A stretch of DNA of 64,000 nucleotides from a bacterium (lineage in GTDB: Bacteria; Patescibacteriota; JABMPQ01; JAUVWW01), in contig JAUVWW010000001.1 of NCBI GenBank assembly GCA_030603885.1, positions 135,242-199,241 of the forward strand, written 5' to 3'. Below, piece by piece: positions 20,445 through 29,922 of this stretch. The first letter of the stretch is position 1; every line of letters begins with the position of its first letter. The translations under genes and the position numbers were made by a program. A model generated the notes under the pieces. It made no database searches and was not told the DNA's origin. It saw only the letters and a program-made list of their open reading frames with translations.

Positions 20445-21287
20445 ATGTCTTCAAATAAAAAAATTCTCAAATTAAAACTCTTCTTCTCAGAAATCCTGTC
20501 TTTTTCAGCTATCCAGATTTTAGGGATTCTTGTTGGCCTTAGGCTTTTTTCTATTCCAGAAGTAAAAGCTCAAGTCGAAGCACATCCTGTCAAATGGACT
20601 GATTTTTTAATCGCTTTTGCCGTAGGTACTGTTTTGATTTTCTTAGCCATCAAGGCTTTCAAGAGAGGAATTTTCTTTAGAATATTCATTGGATTTTTAA
20701 TATTCTTTGGTTGTATTATTGTCTTTGGCTCCTTTATGCCTGATATCCCTGCTATTGTCTTAACCATTGTCTGTATCTATTTTTATTACCGCCATCCCAA
20801 CGTAATTACTCAAAATATTGCTATTGGCCTGGCTATCTCGGGAGCTTCAGTAATGTTAGGACTTTCTATTACTGTTTGGCAAGTATTGATTCTTTTAGCT
20901 ATTCTTTCTGTCTATGATATCATTGCTGTCTGGAAAACAAAACATATGATTAAGCTATTTAAAGGGCTAGCAGAGAGGGGAGTCATTATGGCTTTAATTA
21001 TCCCTTCTAAAATCTCAAATATCTGGGCTAACCTTAGACAAGTCAAGCCAGGAGAGGAATTTCTACTTCTTGGAACAGGAGACATAGCTTTTCCTATTAT
21101 CTTTGCTGTCTCTGCCCTGAAATATAGTATTTGGTCATCTGTAGCTATCATTTTAGGAGCCCTTCTAGGTCTTTCCTTTATCCATTTTTTCTTTATTGCT
21201 AAAAAAGAGAGAAAGCCTATCCCAGCCTTACCTCCCATTGCTGTTGGCTCAGCCTTAGGGTTTTTTATCTCCTTGCTTTTTATCTAA
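20445..21287 (+). CDS. presenilin/signal-peptide-peptidase-like intramembrane aspartyl protease (A22 family)
   Basis: Polytopic; YD motif (LSVYDIIAV) and GxGD motif (LLLGTGDIAFP) in successive TM helices. Confidence 0.5.
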   Translation: MSSNKKILKLKLFFSEILSFSAIQILGILVGLRLFSIPEVKAQVEAHPVKWTDFLIAFAVGTVLIFLAIKAFKRGIFFRIFIGFLIFFGCIIVFGSFMPDIPAIVLTIVCIYFYYRHPNVITQNIAIGLAISGASVMLGLSITVWQVLILLAILSVYDIIAVWKTKHMIKLFKGLAERGVIMALIIPSKISNIWANLRQVKPGEEFLLLGTGDIAFPIIFAVSALKYSIWSSVAIILGALLGLSFIHFFFIAKKERKPIPALPPIAVGSALGFFISLLFI

Positions 21288-21335
21288 GTTTATGCTAAAA
21301 TAAGGGTAGACTAATAAAGTTTACTCTTATTTTTT

Positions 21336-22151
21336 ATGCCAGAACTTCCCGAAGTCGAAACTATCCGACTACAATTAGAAGATAAAATTAAAAATAAAAG
21401 GATTGCCAAGGTTGAGGTTTTGCAACCTCGAATGATAAATGTCTCTGCTAAAGAATTTGTAAAGAGAGTAGAGAAGTCCAAAGTTAAAGGGATAAGACGC
21501 AGAGCTAAGCTTTTGATTATTGATCTTTCCTCTGGCTATTCTCTGATTATACATTTAAAGCTGACTGGTAATTTAATCTATAATCAAGAATCAGATAAAT
21601 ATACTAATGTTGTCTTTGAATTTTCTGGTAGAAAAAAATTGTTATATAAAGACATTCGAAAGTTTGGTTATATGAAATTAATCAAAACTTCTGAAGTTCC
21701 TACATTTTTGGATAAGCAAGGTTTCGGCCCAGAACCATTAGATAAAAGTTTTACCTTAGAAAAGTTTAAAGAAATCTTATTTAAGAAAAAAAGATCGAAA
21801 ATAAAACCACTTTTAATGGATCAGTCCTTTCTTGCTGGAGTAGGGAATATCTATGCCCAAGAAGCTTGTTTTTATGCCAAAATTAATCCCAAACGCACAG
21901 CTGGCTCACTAACTAATAAAGAGATTAAAGACTTATATGAAGGTTTGAGAAAAATTATGGCTGCTTCAATAAAATTTCGTGGATCATCAGTTGATACTTA
22001 TGTTGATCTTTTTGGTAAAGAAGGTCAATTTGTTCCTCGTCTTAAAATATATAGAAGAAGTGGGAAAAAATGTCTAAGATGTAAAGCTAAATTAAAAACT
22101 ATTAAACTAGCCGGAAGGGGAACAACCTTTTGTCCTAAATGTCAAAAATAA
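21336..22151 (+). CDS. mutM: formamidopyrimidine-DNA glycosylase (Fpg/MutM)
   Basis: N-terminal MPELPEVE; C-terminal zinc finger CLRC..x16..CPKC. Confidence 0.8.
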   Translation: MPELPEVETIRLQLEDKIKNKRIAKVEVLQPRMINVSAKEFVKRVEKSKVKGIRRRAKLLIIDLSSGYSLIIHLKLTGNLIYNQESDKYTNVVFEFSGRKKLLYKDIRKFGYMKLIKTSEVPTFLDKQGFGPEPLDKSFTLEKFKEILFKKKRSKIKPLLMDQSFLAGVGNIYAQEACFYAKINPKRTAGSLTNKEIKDLYEGLRKIMAASIKFRGSSVDTYVDLFGKEGQFVPRLKIYRRSGKKCLRCKAKLKTIKLAGRGTTFCPKCQK

Positions 22152-22172
22152 ATCTTTAAATAAATAATTTTT

Positions 22173-22763
22173 ATGCCTGAAAAACCTGAAAAAAAATTTA
22201 TCCCTATTGAAGAAAAAGGAAAGAAAGAGGAGATACCAATAGAGGTTCGATATCCAGAAATAGAAGAAGTTTTAGATTGGATTACTAGAACTTGGGAAAG
22301 TAAAGGAAGAAAAGAGAAAAGAGAGAAGGAGATAAAAGAATATATAAAAAAGGAATGTTTAGAACTTGAAGATAAACCTAAGAAGCTTCTTAAAGTCTTT
22401 ACCGATGTCTTAGAAGATTTTACTTCTTTTAAAGAAAAAGATATAAAATCGATACTAGATCAGTTAGAAGAAGTTAAAAGAAGTATCGAAGATACAAGAT
22501 TCAAATACGAAAATATATTAAATGAAGAGGAGTATCAATCTGCAGCCAAACCCCTAGAAGATATTAATGAGAGAATAATTAGAGATATGCAAAGTCCCCC
22601 GGAAAAATTAGATATCAACGAATTTTGGCAATATCTGGGTGGTGTTGCTAATAAGGTATATTTAGATTCTTTACCTTATTTTGAAAGGAATTATGATAGG
22701 CATACTGATGAGATAATTAAGATTTTTAGAGGGGAAAAAGAAAAGGAGCCTTGGGAAAAATAA
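22173..22763 (+). CDS. hypothetical acidic protein
   Basis: ORF only; E/K-rich, no recognised motif. Confidence 0.35.
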   Translation: MPEKPEKKFIPIEEKGKKEEIPIEVRYPEIEEVLDWITRTWESKGRKEKREKEIKEYIKKECLELEDKPKKLLKVFTDVLEDFTSFKEKDIKSILDQLEEVKRSIEDTRFKYENILNEEEYQSAAKPLEDINERIIRDMQSPPEKLDINEFWQYLGGVANKVYLDSLPYFERNYDRHTDEIIKIFRGEKEKEPWEK

Positions 22764-22826
22764 GATCACTAATCAAGCACTAATTTTCTCACGAATATTT
22801 CACTATAGCCTCTTGGCTATTTTTAT

Positions 22827-22854
22827 TTGCAAAAAAATTATTTTATGATATAAT
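22827..22854 (+). promoter_or_regulatory. sigma70-like promoter upstream of prfB (TTGCAA -35, 16-nt spacer, TGaTATAAT extended -10)
   Basis: Hexamers read directly from sequence; followed by an AAGAGGA Shine-Dalgarno 6 nt before ATG 22873. Confidence 0.5.
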
Positions 22855-22872
22855 GAGACAAAGAGGAAAAAT

Positions 22873-23965
22873 ATGAAAGAATTAATCCAAAAAATTCAAG
22901 ATTTGAAAGAAAAAATCCTTCATGTAAAGGACTGTCTTTGATTTGGCTAAAAAAGAGAAAGAAATTCAAAATCTAGAAAAGAAAACAGCTCAGCCTGATT
23001 TCTGGAAGGACCGTGATAAAGCTAAGGAAATAACTCAAAAACTGGATAGTCTAAGAGAGCAGGTTAATTTATGGAATAAGCTTGATAGCCAGGTAGATGA
23101 ACTCTTAGAGCTGGCAAAATTAACAGAAAAAGAAGAGGATAAAGAGCTAGAAAAAGAAATTAAACAAAAGTTTAGAACCTTGAACAAAGATTTTGCTCAA
23201 CATGAATTTGAAGTACTGATGGCTGGAAAATATGATCAAAATAATGCTATAATAATGATTCATGCTGGCACAGGTGGTACAGAAGCCCAAGATTGGGCAG
23301 AGATACTCCTTAGAATGTACTTGAGATATTGTGAAAAAAAAGGCTGGCAAACTAATATTGTAGCCAAAACCCAAGGACAGGAAGCTGGGATAAAAAGTGC
23401 TACTGTTAAAGTTTCCGGCCCTTATAGTTATGGCTATCTTAAATCAGAAGCTGGAATTCACAGGCTAGTTAGAATCTCACCTTTTGACGCAGAACACATG
23501 CGCCATACCTCTTTTGCTCTTGTGGAAGTAATCCCAGAAATAAAAGAAGAAGCAGAAATAGAAATCAAACCAGAAGATATTAAAGTAGATACCTTTAGAG
23601 CTTCTGGGGCCGGTGGTCAATATGTACAAAAAACATCTTCAGCAGTGCGTATAACTCACCTTCCAACAAAAATTGTTGTTTCCTGTCAAAATGAACGCTC
23701 ACAATTTCAGAATAAACAGACTGCTCTTGATATTTTAAGATCAAAGCTTATAGAGCGAAAACTAAGAAAAGAGGAAGAAAAGAAAATGAAGCTTCGGGGT
23801 GAACACATTGAAGCTTCTTGGGGAAATCAAATCAGATCTTATGTGTTACATCCATATCACATGGTTAAAGATCTGAGAACAGAGTATGAGACTTCTGATA
23901 CTGAGGCTATCTTAGATGGAAAATTAGATGAGTTCATTGAGGCATATCTTAAGTGGAAGAAATAA
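22873..23965 (+). CDS. prfB: peptide chain release factor 2, requires programmed +1 ribosomal frameshift at 22936-22942
   Basis: Frame-0 ORF MKELIQKIQDLKEKILHVKDCL ends at in-frame TGA within CTT TGA T; the +1 frame continues DLAKKEKE... through the GGQ motif (SGAGGQYVQKT); AGGA SD-like element precedes the shift site. Confidence 0.8.
22936..22942 (+). other. prfB autoregulatory +1 frameshift site (CTT TGA T)
   Basis: Sequence CTTTGAT with internal SD-like AGGA 6 nt upstream. Confidence 0.7.
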
Positions 23966-23981
23966 TGCTAATTCGTATTAC

Positions 23982-24665
23982 ATGATAAAACTTACCAATA
24001 TTTCCAAAATCTATCCCAAAAATATAGTGGCTTTGGACAATGTTAGCCTACACATCAAGCCTCAAGAATTTGTCTGTTTGGCTGGACAATCAGGAGCAGG
24101 CAAGTCTACCTTGATTCGTCTTCTTACAGCTGAAGAAAGACCAACTCAAGGAAAAATCAAGGTTTTGGGATGGGATGTAGATCTAATTAAACCAAGGCAT
24201 ATTCCACTTTTTAGAAGAAAAATAGGGATAGTTTTTCAGGATTTCAAACTTCTTCCTCGAAAAACTGTTTGGGAAAATGTAGCTTATGCTCTCATGGTTT
24301 CAGATACACCGGATAAAGAAATAGAAAGGATGGTACCTAAAGTGTTAGAGATGGTAGGACTTTCTAGAAAACAACAACAATTTCCTAATGAACTTTCAGC
24401 TGGAGAACAGCAAAGAGTGTCCATTGCCAGGGCCTTGGCCCATGAGCCAAAGTTGCTTTTAGCAGATGAGCCCACAGGTAATTTAGATCTTATTCGGGCT
24501 TTGGAAATTACCGATATTTTAAAAAGAATAAATAAAATATTAGGCACCACTATAATTTTGGCAACTCATAATAAAGATGTAGTCAATAGATTAAGAAAAA
24601 GAGTGATCACTTTGGATAATGGAGTCGTTATCCGAGATCAGGAAAAAGGACGGTATGTAATTTAG
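23982..24665 (+). CDS. ftsE: cell division ABC ATPase FtsE
   Basis: Walker A GQSGAGKST, ABC signature LSAGEQQRVSIARA, Walker B LLLADEP. Confidence 0.85.
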   Translation: MIKLTNISKIYPKNIVALDNVSLHIKPQEFVCLAGQSGAGKSTLIRLLTAEERPTQGKIKVLGWDVDLIKPRHIPLFRRKIGIVFQDFKLLPRKTVWENVAYALMVSDTPDKEIERMVPKVLEMVGLSRKQQQFPNELSAGEQQRVSIARALAHEPKLLLADEPTGNLDLIRALEITDILKRINKILGTTIILATHNKDVVNRLRKRVITLDNGVVIRDQEKGRYVI

Positions 24666-24681
24666 AATATAGAATATTAAT

Positions 24682-25599
24682 ATGAAAGTAAGATCATTTT
24701 CAAGGGCAATAAAATTCGGTCTTTTAGATTTTGGGCGGAATATTTGGTTAAGCTTGGGAACACTAGCTATTATGGTTCTCACTTTATTTACTATAAGCCT
24801 TTTAGTCTTTTTAAATATTCTGGGCAATGAAGCAATTCAAGAATTTCAAGAAAAAGTAAGCATCTCTGTTTATTTTAAATCTACCTCCAAAGAAGGACAG
24901 ATAAAAAAGTTAGAAAAGGAAGTATCAAGTTGGACACAAATAAAAGAAACTACTTATATTTCTAAAGAAGAGGCGCTCTTATCTTTTCAAGAAAAACACA
25001 AGGAAGATCCTCTAATTATGGCTTCTTTAAAAGAACTTGAAGAAAATCCACTTAAAGCCTCGCTGACGATAGTTGCTCATTTTCCTGAACAATATGTACA
25101 GATTGCAGAAAGACTAGAAAGTAAGCATTACCAATCTATCATTGATGAGATAAACTTTAGAGATAATCGATCCATTATCGATAGGTTATCCAATATAACA
25201 AGAACTATTAAAAGAATTGGGGTAATCACAGGTAGTATATTATGTGCCGTAGCTATCTTGGTGGTATTCAATACTATTCGCTTAACTATTTATACTCAAA
25301 GAAAAGAAATAGGGATTATGAAATTAGTAGGAGCCACTAATCAGTTTATCCAATTGCCTTACATAATAGAAGGAGCTTTGTATGGGCTGTTTGCCGGAGT
25401 AATTAATTTTGGAATCCTTTATTATCTAGTTAGGTATATCTCGCCAAAAATATATACCTTCTTTGAAAGCCAGGTTTCAGGTCTATTTAATTATTTTACT
25501 GTAAATTTGGCTCTAATTTTGGCCATAGAGGTTGGATTTGCTATATTTTTGGGAATTATGAGCAGTTTTATTGCTACCAGGAAGTATTTAAAGGTCTAA
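24682..25599 (+). CDS. ftsX: cell division permease FtsX
   Basis: Immediately downstream of ftsE; N-terminal TM, periplasmic domain, three C-terminal TM helices. Confidence 0.75.
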   Translation: MKVRSFSRAIKFGLLDFGRNIWLSLGTLAIMVLTLFTISLLVFLNILGNEAIQEFQEKVSISVYFKSTSKEGQIKKLEKEVSSWTQIKETTYISKEEALLSFQEKHKEDPLIMASLKELEENPLKASLTIVAHFPEQYVQIAERLESKHYQSIIDEINFRDNRSIIDRLSNITRTIKRIGVITGSILCAVAILVVFNTIRLTIYTQRKEIGIMKLVGATNQFIQLPYIIEGALYGLFAGVINFGILYYLVRYISPKIYTFFESQVSGLFNYFTVNLALILAIEVGFAIFLGIMSSFIATRKYLKV

Positions 25600-25608
25600 A
25601 TAATTCGA

Positions 25609-25684
25609 TGGGCGGTGGCCAAGTGGTAAGGCGCCTGATTCTGGATCAGGTATATCGTAGGTTCGAATCCTACCCGCCCAGCCA
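25609..25684 (+). tRNA. tRNA-Gln (anticodon CUG)
   Basis: Cloverleaf folded by eye: acceptor TGGGCGG/CCGCCCA, D-arm GCCAAGTGGTAAGGC, anticodon stem CCTGA/TCAGG with loop TTCTGGA, T-arm GTAGG-TTCGAAT-CCTAC, discriminator G and encoded CCA; close to E. coli tRNA-Gln. Confidence 0.8.
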
Positions 25685-25768
25685 TATTTAGATAGCCTTT
25701 TTCAAGGGCTTTTTTATTCGTCTGACTTGTGCTATAATATAAGATGAATTTATTATAAAATAAAGGAA

Positions 25769-26293
25769 ATGCCCAAAAAAGAAGTTTTACAAAGATTAAA
25801 AGAAAGAGCTTTGAAGCGTCTAAAAAAAGAGAAAATAAAACCTACTAAAAAGCTTGAAGAAGCTCTTGCTAAAGAAATAGAGAGCTTGGTTTCTCATTAT
25901 GAACCAAGACTTAAATATCTAGAAGAGGAAATAAAAGAAAGAAAACTGCAAAAAGAAAGAATTAAAAAGCTAGATCAAGAAATAAAAGGAATTGCCACAA
26001 AATCTCCTTCAAAAAAGCAAGTACAGCTTAGCCAGATTAAAAAACTTATTCAATATACTAAAGAAAAGCGTCCTTTATTGCGGTTTGCCCTAAAAGATCC
26101 ACGTATTATGCGGCTTAAGAAAAAAATAGACATTATTTCAAGACAAGGACCAAGGCCTCGTCAATCTTCAAGGCTAATGTGGCTGACTAGACAAGCTAAA
26201 AACAGAGCTTTTTTAGGAGACTGGTATAGAGCTCAAGAGGCTTTTTGTTATATTAGGGATGCTTATCAAACTTTGTTTAAGAAAATAGATTAA
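25769..26293 (+). CDS. hypothetical basic, K-rich coiled-coil protein
   Basis: ORF only. Confidence 0.35.
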   Translation: MPKKEVLQRLKERALKRLKKEKIKPTKKLEEALAKEIESLVSHYEPRLKYLEEEIKERKLQKERIKKLDQEIKGIATKSPSKKQVQLSQIKKLIQYTKEKRPLLRFALKDPRIMRLKKKIDIISRQGPRPRQSSRLMWLTRQAKNRAFLGDWYRAQEAFCYIRDAYQTLFKKID

Positions 26294-26310
26294 TATTTCT
26301 CGAATTTAAT

Positions 26311-28785
26311 TTGACCGAAGGGAACATGCAACAGACAGAATCTATTATCGAACGTATTCTAGAAGTTTTAGGCGGTATTATCACTGCCATTGGTAATTTT
26401 ATACAAACTTACCTCACCGGAGAAATTGTATTTACTATTCTTTTCTGGGCAGTTGCCACTTGGATAGCATTGTTTATACTCCACAGAGTCTTAGTATATC
26501 TAAGACGTTCAAGGAGAGCCATAGGGACTGTGCTGTTCCGAATATCTTTACCTAAGCTCACAGAGGTTCCAGCATCTCCTCAGGCTATAATAGCTTTAGC
26601 CGAGCCTCTCTATGAAACTTTACACGGTATTTTCAGAGTAAACCCAAAAACAATGCTATTTGGACAAGAACATTTTACATTTGAGATTGTGGGAATAGGC
26701 GGAGGAGAGATAACTTTTTATATGGCTGTCCCTAGAGAGCTGGCTGGACTAGTGAAAAAACAAATAAATGCTCAATATCCTGAAGCTTTTGTCGAACCAG
26801 TCAAAGAATACAATATTTTTAGACCAGGCTATAAAGTAATAGGGGCTCAGTATTTTCTCTCTCGAAAAAATATCTATCCTATCAAAACCTATGTGAAACA
26901 AGAAACAGATCCTCTAGAAGCTATAACTTCTGCTTTTTCAAGATTAGAAAAAGATGAAGGAGCAGCTTTGCAAATTCTGTTTAAACCCATTGGTACTGGT
27001 TGGCACAGAGCAGGATATAGACTAATAGAAAGAATCGAGCGAGGCTTAGGAATTCCAATTGGGGGGACAATCATTACTTTTCTCCAAACTATAATAAAAC
27101 ATATTGGACGCATTATTTTTGGAGCAAGACCCCTAGAAATTAAAGCAGAAGAAGCCCTTATAGCTCGAGCCGTTTCAGAAAAAATACAAAAAGATGGCTT
27201 TAAAGTAGCTATAAGAATAGTAGCCTCAGCTCGGACAGGTGCCCTAGCTCAAGATCGGCTAAATACTATTGAAAGTGCTCTTTCTCAGTTAGAATGGCCC
27301 GGTGTAAATCGGATAGAAGGAGATAGGGCTCAGTTAAAAAGAGGATTTATAGCTGGTTTTATTTTTAGATTTTTTCCCATTCTAGGAAAAACCAGTATTC
27401 TAAATAATGAAGAACTTGCTACTTTGTGTCATTTTCCAAATACAGGGATAAAAACCCCTCATATTCATTGGCTAAAAGCCCGAACTGCTCCTGCTCCAGA
27501 GAATGTACCAAAAAGAGGAACATTGATTGGAGTAAACATTTTTAGAGGAGAAAGAACTCCGGTTAGGATTATGCCTATTGATAGAAGAAGACATACCTAT
27601 ATTGTAGGAAAAACAGGAATGGGAAAATCTACTCTGCTAAAGAATATGGCTTTGTATGATATGCATGATGGCGAGGGAGTATGTGTTATAGATCCCCATG
27701 GAGATCTATATGAGGATCTCATTATGCAAATTCCAGCCAAAAGAGCCAAAGATGTTGTGCTATTCGATCCGAGGGATTTAGATTATCCTTGTGGTCTTAA
27801 TCTTTTAGAATACAAACATGATGAAGAAAAAAGCTTTGTTATAGAAGAGGTTATTGATATTTTCTATAAGTTATTTTACGAATTTGTTGGTCCAAAATTC
27901 GGTCATTATATGCGTAATGCCGTAGTAACTTTATTTGCTGACCAAAAGGCTGGTGCTACTCTAACGGACATTCCAAGACTATTCATCTCAGATGCTTATG
28001 CTAAGACTAAGTCATCTAAACTAAAAAGTCCTATGGCTCGTGCTTTTTGGGAAGAAGAACTTAAAGCGTTAACCCCGGCCCAAAAAAGTGAAGCCTTAGG
28101 TCCTATTATCGAGAAAATAGAAGCCTTTTCTTCATCTGATTTAATGAGAAATATTTTAGGACAAAGAAAGACAACTATAGATTTTGACCAGATCATCAAT
28201 AATAAGAAAATTTTATTAGTTAATCTTTCAAAAGGTAAATTAGGAGAAATTAATTCAAATCTCCTAGGCCTGATCTTGATGATTAAATTTTACATGGCCA
28301 CTATTAGAAGAGCTTCTATTTCAGAAAAAGAGAGAGCTGATTTTCATCTTTATATTGATGAGTTTCAAGATTTTGTTACTCCAACATTAGCTGCTTTGTT
28401 TTCCGAAGCCCGAAAATATCGTCTCTGTCTTTGTGTTTCTCATCAATACATTGGCCAGCTATCCCAAGAGGTGGCTAAGTCAGCCTTTGGTAATATAGGA
28501 ACTATTATTTCTTTTAGAGTGGGAGCTCAAGATGCAGAATTTCTAGCTCCTGAATTTAAACCAGAGTTTTCCGCTTTTGATCTGGTTAACCTTCCTAAAT
28601 ATAATGCCTATGTCAAGCTTATGGTTGAAGGTCGAGCTACTCCTGCCTTTTCCATGCATACCTTACCTCCTTCAAAGTTTGTCTCAGAAAAATTAGCTAA
28701 TCTACTTAAAGAGATATCTAGATTTAAATATGGAAGGAAAAGAAAGTTTGTAGAGAGAGAAATAGAAGAACGTTTTAAAATATAA
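26311..28785 (+). CDS. membrane-anchored FtsK/HerA-superfamily ATPase, VirD4/TraG coupling-protein-like
   Basis: Two N-terminal TM helices; Walker A GKTGMGKSTLL; Walker B hhhhDEFQDF; 824 aa. Confidence 0.5.
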   Translation: MTEGNMQQTESIIERILEVLGGIITAIGNFIQTYLTGEIVFTILFWAVATWIALFILHRVLVYLRRSRRAIGTVLFRISLPKLTEVPASPQAIIALAEPLYETLHGIFRVNPKTMLFGQEHFTFEIVGIGGGEITFYMAVPRELAGLVKKQINAQYPEAFVEPVKEYNIFRPGYKVIGAQYFLSRKNIYPIKTYVKQETDPLEAITSAFSRLEKDEGAALQILFKPIGTGWHRAGYRLIERIERGLGIPIGGTIITFLQTIIKHIGRIIFGARPLEIKAEEALIARAVSEKIQKDGFKVAIRIVASARTGALAQDRLNTIESALSQLEWPGVNRIEGDRAQLKRGFIAGFIFRFFPILGKTSILNNEELATLCHFPNTGIKTPHIHWLKARTAPAPENVPKRGTLIGVNIFRGERTPVRIMPIDRRRHTYIVGKTGMGKSTLLKNMALYDMHDGEGVCVIDPHGDLYEDLIMQIPAKRAKDVVLFDPRDLDYPCGLNLLEYKHDEEKSFVIEEVIDIFYKLFYEFVGPKFGHYMRNAVVTLFADQKAGATLTDIPRLFISDAYAKTKSSKLKSPMARAFWEEELKALTPAQKSEALGPIIEKIEAFSSSDLMRNILGQRKTTIDFDQIINNKKILLVNLSKGKLGEINSNLLGLILMIKFYMATIRRASISEKERADFHLYIDEFQDFVTPTLAALFSEARKYRLCLCVSHQYIGQLSQEVAKSAFGNIGTIISFRVGAQDAEFLAPEFKPEFSAFDLVNLPKYNAYVKLMVEGRATPAFSMHTLPPSKFVSEKLANLLKEISRFKYGRKRKFVEREIEERFKI

Positions 28786-28789
28786 TTAT

Positions 28790-29680
28790 ATGACTAATAA
28801 ACGACCAAAAATAGGACTTGTTCTTGGCAGCGGGGGCACCAGAGGCTTTGCTCATATCGGGGTTTTAAAGATACTTCATCAAAATAATATTCCCATTGAC
28901 TTTATTGCTGGAACATCTATTGGAGCTCTTTTTGGAGGAGCTTATGCAGCTACAAAAAATATAGAAAAAATAGAGAAAGCTTTCCTAATGCATGGATGGA
29001 TAAAAGGAGCTTTTAAGATGCTAGACCCAGCTCTGTCTCCTCACAGAGGATTTTTAGAAGGAAATGGGGTAGAAGATTTTATTTACTCTCTTGTAAAAGG
29101 TAAGGAATTCTCAGATCTCAAAATTCCCTTTTCGTGCGTGGCTTGTGATATAGCTACCGGAAGAGAAATAGAACTTTCTTCGGGTAAAATAACCCAAGCT
29201 ATCCGAGCCAGTTTATCAATTCCTGTTATTTTTAAGCCTGTACATTTAGATAACCATTTGCTTATTGATGGTGATATAGTTAACCCTCTCCCAGTTAACT
29301 TGGCAAAAAAAGCAGACTGTGACATCATAATTGCCGTTAGTCTGACAGATAAGTTAGTAAGTCAAACTTCCTGGAGAGGAGTTAGAAAAATGAGAAATGT
29401 TTGGAAAAAAATTTTTGGAGACAGGTACTTTTGGAAAAAACAGAGATTTAATTTGTTATCTGTGATGGCTCGCCGACATACTATATTAAGACAAAAGATC
29501 ACTCAAATGTATCTCGAACAAGCTGATGTAAAGATTACACCTCGAATTAGTCTCAAATCAGCTACTTGGATAAAAATCTACAACAGTCGATATAATATGA
29601 AAAGGCTTATAAAAATTGGAGAGGAAGCAGCTGAAAAGGCTTTACCTGAAATTAAAAAATTAATTTCCCATAACACATAA
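28790..29680 (+). CDS. patatin-like phospholipase
   Basis: GSGGTRG oxyanion motif, GTSIG (GxSxG) nucleophile, DGD catalytic Asp motif. Confidence 0.8.
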   Translation: MTNKRPKIGLVLGSGGTRGFAHIGVLKILHQNNIPIDFIAGTSIGALFGGAYAATKNIEKIEKAFLMHGWIKGAFKMLDPALSPHRGFLEGNGVEDFIYSLVKGKEFSDLKIPFSCVACDIATGREIELSSGKITQAIRASLSIPVIFKPVHLDNHLLIDGDIVNPLPVNLAKKADCDIIIAVSLTDKLVSQTSWRGVRKMRNVWKKIFGDRYFWKKQRFNLLSVMARRHTILRQKITQMYLEQADVKITPRISLKSATWIKIYNSRYNMKRLIKIGEEAAEKALPEIKKLISHNT

Positions 29681-29688
29681 CATAGAAC

Positions 29689-29922
29689 ATGGAATTAAGT
29701 TTTCTTGGAAGAACTTTAATAATCTTTGGAGCTGTATTAGTCATTCTTGGTATAATTTTATCTTTTGCTCCTAAAATACCTTTTTTAGGAAAGCTACCCG
29801 GAGATATTCGGATTGAAAAAGAGGGATTTAGGTTTTATTTTCCTATTGTCACTTGTATTGTCATTAGTATCATTTTAAGTCTAATTTTGTCTATTATTTT
29901 TTGGATCTTACAAAGAAAATGA
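29689..29922 (+). CDS. small two-TM membrane protein (DUF2905-like)
   Basis: 77 aa, two hydrophobic helices flanking PKIPFLGKLPGDIRIE. Confidence 0.4.
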   Translation: MELSFLGRTLIIFGAVLVILGIILSFAPKIPFLGKLPGDIRIEKEGFRFYFPIVTCIVISIILSLILSIIFWILQRK

